Shown here in pieces: positions 1 to 9,296 of a stretch of 64,000 bases of DNA. The stretch covers positions 4,199 to 68,198 of the forward strand of contig CAVJFW010000001.1 of assembly GCA_963648975.1 (NCBI GenBank). Direction: 5' to 3'. Below the pieces are notes generated by a model. It was not told where the DNA came from and made no database searches. It was given only the letters and a program-made list of their open reading frames with translations. A program made the position numbers and the translations under genes. Numbering within the stretch: the first letter of the stretch is position 1; each line of letters opens with the position of its first letter. This DNA is from a bacterium (GTDB lineage Bacteria; Bacillota_I; Bacilli_A; RFN20; CAG-288).

Positions 1-570
1 ATCATCTTCAATCCCGACTATACGGGAAGTGATGTCTATCAGACCTATATTGACACATGCTATGAGCCTTACATCGACAACCAGTGCAGAAGTTATCTTC
101 TTTCCCTCTTCCCGGAATATATGAGTTCCAACAGGTTCATGTCCGACATGATCGTGTTTGTCGAGTTGCCTGTTTCGGTCCTGCTTTCCGGAATCATCAC
201 CTTTGTCGTGCCACCTTTGATTTTCAGAAGGAACAGGCAGACCATCGGAATGCTTGTCTATCATATCGGAAAGGCGGATTCAGCCCTTCTTAGCGTCAAG
301 ACGGGAAGGTTCCTTGTCTATGAGACAATCTATGTCGTAGGCATACTGCTACTATCCTTCTTCACTCTTGGTGTTCCCTTGTTTGTCTCTGCCACGATGC
401 TGATATGTACCAAGGAAAAACAGACTTTCCCGGAATATATGTGTCAGCTTTATGACCTGGACGTCACCAATGACAAGATCTATCATTCCATCAGCGAAAT
501 CGCCATGGAACATGAAAAGGATGCCTTGCTCAGCCAGTCATTCAATCCAGACAGCCGTCTCAACGACTGA
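1..570 (+). CDS. C-terminal part of a membrane protein of unknown function; the 5' end lies outside the window
   Basis: Reading frame 1 is open from nt 1 to the stop at 568-570. Several hydrophobic helix-length segments are present (e.g. IVFVELPVSVLLSGIITFVVPPLIF, VVGILLLSFFTLGVPLFV). No recognisable catalytic motif. Confidence 0.4.
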   Translation: MIFNPDYTGSDVYQTYIDTCYEPYIDNQCRSYLLSLFPEYMSSNRFMSDMIVFVELPVSVLLSGIITFVVPPLIFRRNRQTIGMLVYHIGKADSALLSVKTGRFLVYETIYVVGILLLSFFTLGVPLFVSATMLICTKEKQTFPEYMCQLYDLDVTNDKIYHSISEIAMEHEKDALLSQSFNPDSRLND

Positions 571-651
571 GATGATAAAAGAAAAATGTCTGAAAAATGT
601 AAAACATTTCAAAAAAATATCCATGTTCATGCCATTTGCCATATAAATGTT

Positions 652-679
652 TTGCGTTGTAGGCATTTCTTGCTAAAAT
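652..679 (+). promoter_or_regulatory. Candidate sigma-A promoter (TTGCGT, 16-nt spacer, TAAAAT) for the nine-gene locus
   Basis: TTGCGT at 652-657 and TAAAAT at 674-679, about 50 nt upstream of the ATG at 731. Lies in an AT-rich intergenic region after the upstream gene's stop. Confidence 0.3.
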
Positions 680-730
680 AGATGGACGAGACGATTCCAA
701 TACGCTTTTCAAAAAAAGGAAACTTATCTT

Positions 731-2233
731 ATGAAAATGAGAAAGATTTGGACGTTGATGACGACATTGCTTTTGGGATTCTGTTCCACCTTGGGGGTCA
801 AGACCATGTCTTATTCATTGACTGGCTCAGTGGAAAAGAAGGCAAATCAGGTTACGGAATCCTTATGCGATCCTGACGCTGTGGAAATCACTGATGTCGA
901 TGAGAATTTCAAGGTTACGGTCACGAATGCCACTAAAACGGATCATTCCCAATCCTTTACCATTCGCTTCAAGGCGGAGGAGAGTGAGAATGATTATATT
1001 TTAGGTTATGTTTCTGAAGACGAGAACGGCCTTCATTACCCGCTTGTTGCATCCTATCAGCTGAAGGACAAGGAAACGAAGAAAACGAAGAAGGTTGAAG
1101 AAAAAATACCTATCATTTCGGAAACGAATGCCTTCGATGGCATCGGACCTGGCATGGGTACGACATCCCTGACCTACAATTTTGATTTTGCCTATTCCTC
1201 GGAGTACGAGTTTGTGGATGGCTCCCTGGTCGTCTATAACATCTATGGCGACAAGCGTGATGCCGACGGTTCGGTCATCATCAACAAGGAAGAATCCTAT
1301 AAGTGTGCCATCGACAACAAGGCCAGCGATACCATCGATGTCCAACCTTACTTCAGCGCCAATCTCGAAAATGTCTCGACTTTCGGAAGTTATGTCACCT
1401 TCAATGTGAAGTATGAAAACAAGACAGATGAGCTTTATAAGGTCAAGAAGGCATCGGCCTATAAGAAAAACAAGGAAGAGATCGATAACGGCAAAGCCAT
1501 CATCCAGTCTTCCATCTCCAATGTCCAGTCAGCCTTCTTCCGTCTTGAGTACAAGGACGGAAACATCATTGAATATAACATCTTTGATTATTCCATCACT
1601 TCCACCCAGACGATTCCGATGGGTGAATCGACATCCTGCTATCTGATCAAGGGTATCTCCTTGGAAAATCTCAAGAGCTTCTCTCTTCGTGGTGTATCCC
1701 TTACCGTCCAGGTCTATTCCGTCTTCGATGACGGTGTCACCAAGGTCAAGCCGAATACCAGCCTTGTCGCCAGAGTCGGATGCGTCTACTTCGCAAATGA
1801 GAACGATGATGTCACCAAGGTTTCCACGACAAACGTCATCCTTGTCTATGTGATCGCCGTCCTTGTCTATCTCCTTCTTGTCGGTGGACTTATTGCCGGT
1901 CTCTACTTCTATCAGAAGAACAAATACAAGAATGATGAATTCCGCAGAGTCGATGACAGACGCTTCTTCAAGACTGCCACCATCGCATATGTCGGAGGTC
2001 TTGACTTGCTTCTTGCCATCCTCTCCATTGTCTTCAGGGCCAATGGATTCAACAATACCTATACGACCTTCAATCCACTCGACAACATCATCGTTGTCAC
2101 TTGTATCCTCCTCATCTTCTTCATCGGATACTTCGTCAAATACTTCATCAATTTCTTCAAGGACAGAAAGTCCAGGAAAGAAAGCGAAAAACTCAAATTG
2201 AACGAATCCACTGACAGTGATGGAACCAAATAG
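731..2233 (+). CDS. Surface-exposed membrane protein of unknown function (signal peptide/lipobox-like N-terminus, large beta-rich ectodomain, three C-terminal TM helices)
   Basis: N-terminus MKMRKIWTLMTTLLLGFCSTLG. C-terminal hydrophobic helices VILVYVIAVLVYLLLVGGLIAGLYF, LDLLLAILSIVF and IIVVTCILLIFFIGYFVKYF. Stop lies 12 nt before the ABC ATPase gene. Confidence 0.55.
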   Translation: MKMRKIWTLMTTLLLGFCSTLGVKTMSYSLTGSVEKKANQVTESLCDPDAVEITDVDENFKVTVTNATKTDHSQSFTIRFKAEESENDYILGYVSEDENGLHYPLVASYQLKDKETKKTKKVEEKIPIISETNAFDGIGPGMGTTSLTYNFDFAYSSEYEFVDGSLVVYNIYGDKRDADGSVIINKEESYKCAIDNKASDTIDVQPYFSANLENVSTFGSYVTFNVKYENKTDELYKVKKASAYKKNKEEIDNGKAIIQSSISNVQSAFFRLEYKDGNIIEYNIFDYSITSTQTIPMGESTSCYLIKGISLENLKSFSLRGVSLTVQVYSVFDDGVTKVKPNTSLVARVGCVYFANENDDVTKVSTTNVILVYVIAVLVYLLLVGGLIAGLYFYQKNKYKNDEFRRVDDRRFFKTATIAYVGGLDLLLAILSIVFRANGFNNTYTTFNPLDNIIVVTCILLIFFIGYFVKYFINFFKDRKSRKESEKLKLNESTDSDGTK

Positions 2234-2244
2234 GAGTAAGAAAA

Positions 2245-4170
2245 ATGGAAATCAAATTAAAGAACTTAACCAAAATCTTCCCAGGCAATCCAAAGAAGAA
2301 CATCCGTGACACAATCGCCGTCAACAATCTCGATTTCGAAGTACCGGACGGACAGCTCGTCGGTCTTTTGGGCCCTTCCGGATGCGGTAAATCCACGACT
2401 TTGTATATGATTGCCGGTCTATTGAAGCCGACTTCCGGCGAAGTCTGGTTCGGCGACCAGGAAGTCACCAACCTTCCACCGGAAAAGAGAGGCATCGGAC
2501 TTGTCTTCCAGAACTATGCCCTCTATCCTCACATGACCATCTACAAGAACATCGAATTCCCGCTCACGAACCTCAAGGTCGAGGTCCCGTTGGTCACTTT
2601 CTTTGATTTCACATTGAACTTCACCTACAGGATGAAGGAAAACGATGATGCCGAAGGAATTCTTCTTTCCGTCACATCCCTGGCCAAGAAAATCGGTCTC
2701 AACAAGAAACAGTACACTATCTCCTATCAGACGGAAAACGGTGATCTCAAGCTGACTGCCGCCCTCCATAATGTCTCTGAGGAGGTCAGAAGAATCTTCG
2801 TCGAGAACATGGCCAAGGTTCTTGATGACTACAAGCTTGATGAAGAGAAGGTGCAGACAAGCGAAGCTCTCTTCGATTCCAAGATCAGAGCCGATGTCAT
2901 GGTCAAGAGCGAACTCGAGAAATGCGATGTCAACTTCACGGCCAAACTTACCAGTGACTTCACTACCTCCAAGATGGACGAAATCATCACTGCCATACGC
3001 AATGTTGCCAATAAATACGGAAAGGCCGAAGCCGTCACCATCATCAAGTCAAAGACCGGATATGAGCTTATCGCACGTGTCAAATCCATAAGAAGCGTCG
3101 ATAGGGAAAAGATGGAAGAGGAATTCAAGACAAGTGTGAATTTTGCCTCTTCAAGTCTTGCCGTTACCCATGTCGAGAGCAAGGAATTCGCACTCTCCAT
3201 AAAGAATACCCTCAAGAATCTCAATCTCAGCTTCTCCGACCTGAAGCTCTATTATGAAAAGAACCAGCTGAAGATCTTCCTCATCATCACCAAATCGACA
3301 AAGGATGATGTACAGAAAGGTCTTGACGCCCTTACCACATCCTTGGGTCTTGTCAACATCCAAAACGATACCAGGACTGCCATCACCCACAGAAAGCTCA
3401 CCAAGGCCGAGAGACAGGAAATCGTCTATGAGACGGCCAAGCTTGTCCAGGTCGACGAATATCTCGAAAGAAAGCCGAGTCAGCTCTCCGGTGGTCAGCA
3501 ACAGCGTGTCGCCATCGCCAGAGCCTTGGTCAAGAAGCCGAAGATGCTTCTTCTCGATGAGCCATTGAGTAACCTCGATGCCCGTCTGAGACTTCAGACG
3601 AGAGAGGAAATCAGAAGAATCCAGCAGACGACCGGCATCACCACCGTCTTTGTCACACACGATCAGGAAGAGGCTATGTCCATTTCCGACAAGATTGTCG
3701 TCATGAAGCTCGGTGAGGAACAGCAGATCGATTCTCCACAGAACGTCTATAATTCCCCAGCCAATCTCTTCGTCGGACAGTTCCTTGGAACGCCTCCGAT
3801 CAATGTCTTCGAAGGTGAAATCAAGGATAAGACCGTCTATATCGGAAATGAACCAATCTATAAGACGACGAGCGACATCAAGGACCAGAAGCTCTTTGTC
3901 GCCATCCGTCCGGAAGGCATGATTGCCAATTCGGAAGAGGAATTAGGCTTCACTGCCGATGTCGAACAGGTTCAGGTCCTCGGAAGAGACCTGTTCATCG
4001 TCGCAAGGAACGATGCATGCACGAAGCCGACATTCAAGTCCATCATCTCCTCTGATGAGAAGATCAGTGTCGGCAAGATACGTCTCAGCGTCAAGAAGGA
4101 CAAGTTCTTCCTCTTCGACCATGAGACCGAGCAGCGTATCTATCTTTCCGAAATCAATGAAGGTAAATAG
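2245..4170 (+). CDS. ABC transporter ATP-binding protein, MalK/MsmX (CUT1) type, with a ~270-aa insertion in the ATPase core and a C-terminal TOBE-like domain
   Basis: Walker A GPSGCGKST; Q-loop LVFQNYALYPHMT; signature LSGGQQQRVAIARAL; Walker B MLLLDEP; H-loop VTHDQEEA. The motifs are separated by an unusually long insert (roughly aa 113-385). The C-terminal tail resembles the MalK regulatory/TOBE domain. Confidence 0.85.
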   Translation: MEIKLKNLTKIFPGNPKKNIRDTIAVNNLDFEVPDGQLVGLLGPSGCGKSTTLYMIAGLLKPTSGEVWFGDQEVTNLPPEKRGIGLVFQNYALYPHMTIYKNIEFPLTNLKVEVPLVTFFDFTLNFTYRMKENDDAEGILLSVTSLAKKIGLNKKQYTISYQTENGDLKLTAALHNVSEEVRRIFVENMAKVLDDYKLDEEKVQTSEALFDSKIRADVMVKSELEKCDVNFTAKLTSDFTTSKMDEIITAIRNVANKYGKAEAVTIIKSKTGYELIARVKSIRSVDREKMEEEFKTSVNFASSSLAVTHVESKEFALSIKNTLKNLNLSFSDLKLYYEKNQLKIFLIITKSTKDDVQKGLDALTTSLGLVNIQNDTRTAITHRKLTKAERQEIVYETAKLVQVDEYLERKPSQLSGGQQQRVAIARALVKKPKMLLLDEPLSNLDARLRLQTREEIRRIQQTTGITTVFVTHDQEEAMSISDKIVVMKLGEEQQIDSPQNVYNSPANLFVGQFLGTPPINVFEGEIKDKTVYIGNEPIYKTTSDIKDQKLFVAIRPEGMIANSEEELGFTADVEQVQVLGRDLFIVARNDACTKPTFKSIISSDEKISVGKIRLSVKKDKFFLFDHETEQRIYLSEINEGK

Positions 4171-4172
4171 AC

Positions 4173-5249
4173 ATGAGCGATCCTACTCTTGAACTGAGAG
4201 AGCAGAAAAGTCTGACCGCCACGAATGATTTCTTCGAAGCACGTCCGGAATATCAGGACAGCTACAACGAAGAAAACAACACGATCGTCAGACTTGTGAA
4301 AGCTCCAAAGGCAAATGAAAAGCCTTATAAGATCACCGGCATCGAGGATGTGGCCGCCAAGAACAACTGGAAGGCATGGCTATATATCGCACCGGTCCTG
4401 ATTCTTCTTGTCGTCTTCCTTCTCTATCCGCTCATCAACACCATCTTCATCTCCTTCCTGGACAACTATTCCTACATCGATGGAAGCTTCGATGGTGTCA
4501 CTCTCAACAACTTTGGTGTCATCTTCGGCCTTACCACAACAGCCAGTGGCGGTAAGGAAGTCAACTTCGTGACTTACGCCATTCCGAACACCTTCCTCAT
4601 TGTCTTCATCACCGTTCCTCTGGCCACGTTGATTGCACTTCTCATCTCCGTCGCCCTCAATCAGCTGCCGTTCTTCAAGAAGTTCCTTCAGACGGTCTTC
4701 TTCCTTCCGTATGTCACCAATGCCATCGCCATCGGTATGGTCTTCTCGGTCATCTTTGATCAGAATGGTGTCATCAACTATCTCTTCAACACGGATATCA
4801 CTTGGATCTATGGCGCCAAGAGGGAAGTCGCATTCATTCCACTTTGCATATACATCATCTGGTCCAGTCTTCCCTTCAAGATTCTCATCTTCCTCAGCGG
4901 TCTTCAGGGTATCGACAAGCAGTACTACAACGCGGCCAAGATCGATGGTGCCGGAAGTCAGAAGATCTTATGGAAAATCACTGTTCCTCTCATGTCTCCA
5001 CAGATTCTCTACATCGTCGTCACCAGTTTCATCGGTGCCTTCAAGGAATACACTTCCATCGTTGGCTTATTCAACGGTCCTGGTACCAGCAATGGTTCCT
5101 ACAACATGTACACCATCGTCTACTACATCTACGAATATCTCTCCAAGCAGACCAGTTTGGCTGCAGCCGCAGCCGTCTTCCTCTTCGTCGTCATCCTCAT
5201 CTTCACCGGACTGCAGTTCCTTGTCAGCAAGAAGAGAGTGCATTACTAA
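4173..5249 (+). CDS. ABC transporter permease, MalF/UgpA-like (CUT1 family)
   Basis: Multiple TM helices and the EAA-loop-like segment AAKIDGAGSQKILWKITVPL. Starts 3 nt after the ATPase stop. Confidence 0.85.
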   Translation: MSDPTLELREQKSLTATNDFFEARPEYQDSYNEENNTIVRLVKAPKANEKPYKITGIEDVAAKNNWKAWLYIAPVLILLVVFLLYPLINTIFISFLDNYSYIDGSFDGVTLNNFGVIFGLTTTASGGKEVNFVTYAIPNTFLIVFITVPLATLIALLISVALNQLPFFKKFLQTVFFLPYVTNAIAIGMVFSVIFDQNGVINYLFNTDITWIYGAKREVAFIPLCIYIIWSSLPFKILIFLSGLQGIDKQYYNAAKIDGAGSQKILWKITVPLMSPQILYIVVTSFIGAFKEYTSIVGLFNGPGTSNGSYNMYTIVYYIYEYLSKQTSLAAAAAVFLFVVILIFTGLQFLVSKKRVHY

Positions 5250-5262
5250 GGAGAAATGAAAA

Positions 5263-6228
5263 ATGGAAAAGAAAACTTACATTGATTTCTCCAAGGTCAA
5301 GGTCAATGACAACATCGTCTTATCCTTGGCTGAATCCGACCGCACCGTCGAGGTGATTCAGAAGAGACAGAAGGTCACCAACGTCGTTTCGACAGTGATC
5401 TTATATGTCATCATATTGGCTCTTGCCCTGTTCATGATCTTCCCGTTCTATTGGATGATCATCACATCCCTGAAGAACAATACGGAAGTCATCTCTCCGA
5501 CGCAGACCTTCTATCCGACCATCGTCATGTGGTCCAATTATGTCTATGTCTTCCAATACTTCGATTTCGGCGAATACATGCTCAACACCATCGTCGTCGC
5601 AGCCGTTTCCACTCTGGGAACATTGATCACCACCATTCTTGCCGGCTATGCCTTCGGCAGACTTCAGTTCAAGGGAAGGGAAGCCCTGTTCATGGTCTTC
5701 CTTACCACGATGATGATTCCTGGTGAAATGATGGTCATCTCAAACTACATCACCGTCGCATCCTTCGGTTGGATTGGATCAGGTCAGACAAGACTTCAGG
5801 CTTATGCAGCCATGATCGTTCCGTTCTGGATCAGCGTCTTCTACATCTACCTTCTGAGACAGAACATCAAGCAGATTCCGAATGAACTTTATCTTTCCGC
5901 CAAGGTCGACGGAAAGTCCGATTGGTCCTTCCTTTGGAAGGTTGTCGTTCCGCTTGTCATGCCGACATTGATTTCCATCACCATCCTCAAGTTCATGGGT
6001 ACATGGAACTCCTATGTCTGGCCTAACCTCGTCACCAATGATGCAAGCTACAGACTTATCTCCAATGGTCTTAGAGGTTCGACATTCACGGATTCCGATA
6101 CGGGTATGACTTCCTATGGCTATCAGATGGCAGCCACGGTCTTGGTTACTGTTCCTCTGTTCCTTCTCTTCGTCATCTTCCGCAAGTACATCATGCGCGG
6201 TGTCGGTCGTGCCGGTATCAAAGGTTAG
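5263..6228 (+). CDS. ABC transporter permease, MalG/UgpE-like (CUT1 family)
   Basis: Six predicted TM helices and the EAA-like motif LSAKVDGKSDWSFLWKVVVPL. Tightly linked to the upstream permease. Confidence 0.85.
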   Translation: MEKKTYIDFSKVKVNDNIVLSLAESDRTVEVIQKRQKVTNVVSTVILYVIILALALFMIFPFYWMIITSLKNNTEVISPTQTFYPTIVMWSNYVYVFQYFDFGEYMLNTIVVAAVSTLGTLITTILAGYAFGRLQFKGREALFMVFLTTMMIPGEMMVISNYITVASFGWIGSGQTRLQAYAAMIVPFWISVFYIYLLRQNIKQIPNELYLSAKVDGKSDWSFLWKVVVPLVMPTLISITILKFMGTWNSYVWPNLVTNDASYRLISNGLRGSTFTDSDTGMTSYGYQMAATVLVTVPLFLLFVIFRKYIMRGVGRAGIKG

Positions 6229-6280
6229 TCGATTTGTCACTTCATAAATCTAGATTTAATTAAAAGGGGGTTAGATATTT

Positions 6281-7795
6281 ATGAACAAGAAATTTATTTC
6301 CGTCATCACTTTGCCGTTGATGGTTGCTGCCATGGTGGGCTGCAGCAAGACGGCGACTTCTGCTGCTTCCAATTCTGCCGCACCTTCTGAATCTTCATCT
6401 GCCACCACTGGTCCTCTCATCAAGGAAAAGACCGAAATCACCTTATGGTCCATCACCGGTAAGAACAACCAGGCTCAGCTTCAGTCCTATATCGATAAAT
6501 TCATGAAGGCTGAACCGAATGTCACCGTCAACAATGTCATTCAGACCGGCATGAGCTACAACGAGCTCAAGGAAGCCGTCATCAAGGGCTTCTCTGCCAA
6601 CAACTATCCGGATATGGTTCAGTGCTATGCCGACCACGTCGCCGAATACATCAAGTATGGCAAAGCCGTCAATCTTGATTCCTATATCGACAATGCCGAG
6701 TATGGCTGGACAGCCGAAGACAAGGCCGACATCTATCAGTCCTTCATCACTGAAGGTCAGGAATATGCCACTGCCGGTACCTATTCCGTTCCATATTGCA
6801 AATCCACTGAAGCCATGTATTACAATGCCGATATTCTCATCGGCCTTGATCTTTCCAAGTATGACAGCTCCATCAATGGTGGCAAGAAGCTTTCTGCTGC
6901 CTATCTTGACGATCTGACTTGGGAAGAGCTTTTCGAGCATCTCTGCCCTGCCATTGTCGCCTACAACGATTCCCTTCCGGACAACAAGAAGATTCTCAAG
7001 AACGATCAGGATTATTCTGCTGTCTTTGCCTATGATTCCGATGACAACCTCTTCATTACCTTGGCCAAGCAGTATGGCATCAACTATACTTCCGTCGACA
7101 CGACTACCGGAAAGGGAAAATTCAATTTCGGTGAAGGTGAAGACAAGACCAAGATGGAAACACTTCTCAAGAAGTTTGCTGAGTATGCAAAGAAGGGTTA
7201 CATCATCTCCAAGGGTAGTGCCGGCAACAACTACACCAACACCTACTTCACCAAGCAGAACACCCTCTTCAGCGTCGGTTCCACCGGTGGCTACAAGTAT
7301 CAGTTCGATTCCACCAACCCGATGAATGTCGGTGTCGCAAAGATTCCACATGCCGAAGGAAAGAGCCAGTACACCATCAACCAGGGTCCATCCCTTTCCA
7401 TCCTTGATCATTCCGATGCCAACAAGAAACTTGCTTCTTGGTTGCTCTACAAGACCATCACTGATGAAGAATGCTCTCTTGACTGGGCTTTGAACTCCGG
7501 TTACATGGGTATCAGAAAGTCCAACACCAGCAACGACGAATATAAGGATGCATCTGACTATGAAAGCAAGGATGCAAAGACCATCGACAGACTCTCTGCC
7601 TACAACATGACCTATTCCGGCAGAAGTGATGTTCTCAATTCTCTCTATGTTTCTCCTGCCTTTGTCGGCTCCTCCACGGCCAGAACCCAGGTCGGTGCCA
7701 TCATCACCAAGGTTCTCACCAAGACCAACGATGCCGAAAAGGATATAGATTCCTGGTTCGAGGACGCCTATAACCAGTGTCTCCTTGCCCTTTAA
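6281..7795 (+). CDS. Extracellular solute-binding lipoprotein (SBP family 1-like), copy 1, oversized at 504 aa
   Basis: Lipoprotein signal with lipobox MVGCSK, followed by a Ser/Ala-rich linker. Paralogous to the next gene (shared blocks NYP..YADHVA.Y, SVGSTGG, ARTQVGAIIT). GGAGG-like RBS (aagggggttag) upstream. Confidence 0.75.
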   Translation: MNKKFISVITLPLMVAAMVGCSKTATSAASNSAAPSESSSATTGPLIKEKTEITLWSITGKNNQAQLQSYIDKFMKAEPNVTVNNVIQTGMSYNELKEAVIKGFSANNYPDMVQCYADHVAEYIKYGKAVNLDSYIDNAEYGWTAEDKADIYQSFITEGQEYATAGTYSVPYCKSTEAMYYNADILIGLDLSKYDSSINGGKKLSAAYLDDLTWEELFEHLCPAIVAYNDSLPDNKKILKNDQDYSAVFAYDSDDNLFITLAKQYGINYTSVDTTTGKGKFNFGEGEDKTKMETLLKKFAEYAKKGYIISKGSAGNNYTNTYFTKQNTLFSVGSTGGYKYQFDSTNPMNVGVAKIPHAEGKSQYTINQGPSLSILDHSDANKKLASWLLYKTITDEECSLDWALNSGYMGIRKSNTSNDEYKDASDYESKDAKTIDRLSAYNMTYSGRSDVLNSLYVSPAFVGSSTARTQVGAIITKVLTKTNDAEKDIDSWFEDAYNQCLLAL

Positions 7796-7853
7796 CTGAT
7801 CTGTTTTGATTCAATCGGGATAGCTAGCCCATCCGATTGGGAAAGAGGTAAAA

Positions 7854-9287
7854 ATGAAAAATAAAAAAATATTCTCACTTATCGCTTCATTCACCCTTTT
7901 GGGTGGGCTTTGCTCCTGTTCCGGGACCAAGACTTCCACTTCGAGTGACAACAATTCATCCAGTGGAAAAGTCTCCATTGAATTCTGGCATACCTTCGGT
8001 AAGACGGTCACTGCCGCTTTCGAGTCCAAGATCGATAAGTTCGTCAAGCTTGTCAAGGAAAACGAAAATGTCGATGTCGAAATCAAGATGACATATCAGG
8101 GTGGCTATGATGACCTGCTTGAAAAAGTCCACAAAGGCTTTGCCACGGGAAATTATCCGAACCTTGCCATCGCCTATCCGGATCATGTCGCCCAGTATCT
8201 CAAGGATGAGGGAACCACTGCCGGAAAATATGTCGTTGACCTTTCACAGTACATCAATTCCGAGGAATATGGATTCGGAAAGGAATCCTATTTGGGAGAT
8301 GATGCGTCTTCTGATTTCGTCGATGCCTTCTACAAGGAAGGACAAAGCTATGCAAGAAGCGGCATCTATTCCCTTCCGGTCATGAAGTCGAGCGAAGTCC
8401 TCTTCTACAACAAGACGCAGGTGGCCAAATATGCTGCCCAGTATGATTCCACACTGAACACCGATGCCAAGGTCGAGAAGTTCATGTCCACCCTCACATG
8501 GGACAAGTTCATGGATTTCTGCAGATTCATCAAAAATAAGGCTACGAGCATCGAGGTTCCATTTGTATACGACTCTGATTCCAACCTCTTCATCACCAAG
8601 TGCTATCAGAATGACATAGACTTCCTCTCCATCAACGATGATGGTCAGGGACAGGTCCTCTTCAACAACGATAAGGCCAAGGCAATGGTCACATCATTGA
8701 AATCCTGCTATAACGAAGGACTTATCGCCACTAAGGGCACCTACGGCACTTATTCTTCCGAAAAGTTCACGAATGAGAAATGCTTCTTCACCGTCGGCTC
8801 CACAGGTGGTGCTGGATACAATTACCCATCAGGTGATTCCTTCACCGTCGGTGTCGCTCCGGTTCCCTATGACAACAAGCAGACTTATGTCACCCAGGGT
8901 CTTACCGCAACAGTCCTCAAATATAAGGATACGGATGGAAAGAAGGCCTTGTATTCCTATAAGTTCCTGAAGTATATCACAAGCGCGGAAGTAAATGCCG
9001 ATTTATGTGTCAACGGTTCTGAAGGTTATTCCCCGGTAAGAAATAGTGCCTATGAGACGGACCTCTATCAGGAATACCTGAAGAATGAAGATGACGACTT
9101 TATGCCGAAGGTTGCCAACATCGTCTATAAGGACATCAATGGCAAATACTTCACGACACCTTGCTTCTCTGGCTCTGCAACAGCAAGAGACCAGGTCGGT
9201 GGCATCATCACCCAGGTATTCACCGGTGACAAGACCGTCGACAAGGCATTTGAAGATGCTGAGAACCAGACTAAACTGGCAATGTAG
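7854..9287 (+). CDS. Extracellular solute-binding lipoprotein, copy 2 (paralog of 6281-7795)
   Basis: Lipobox LLGGLCSCSG. Conserved blocks shared with copy 1 (NYPNLAIAYPDHVAQY, TVGSTGGAGYNY, ATARDQVGGIIT). Confidence 0.75.
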   Translation: MKNKKIFSLIASFTLLGGLCSCSGTKTSTSSDNNSSSGKVSIEFWHTFGKTVTAAFESKIDKFVKLVKENENVDVEIKMTYQGGYDDLLEKVHKGFATGNYPNLAIAYPDHVAQYLKDEGTTAGKYVVDLSQYINSEEYGFGKESYLGDDASSDFVDAFYKEGQSYARSGIYSLPVMKSSEVLFYNKTQVAKYAAQYDSTLNTDAKVEKFMSTLTWDKFMDFCRFIKNKATSIEVPFVYDSDSNLFITKCYQNDIDFLSINDDGQGQVLFNNDKAKAMVTSLKSCYNEGLIATKGTYGTYSSEKFTNEKCFFTVGSTGGAGYNYPSGDSFTVGVAPVPYDNKQTYVTQGLTATVLKYKDTDGKKALYSYKFLKYITSAEVNADLCVNGSEGYSPVRNSAYETDLYQEYLKNEDDDFMPKVANIVYKDINGKYFTTPCFSGSATARDQVGGIITQVFTGDKTVDKAFEDAENQTKLAM

Positions 9288-9296
9288 GTACAAATT

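Noticed and set aside
6443-7411. 322-aa minus-strand ORF antisense to the first SBP gene
   Set aside because: It lies entirely inside a well-supported plus-strand gene. The translation is low-complexity (G/V/I/D-rich) with no motifs. This is the typical antisense shadow ORF of a biased-composition gene.
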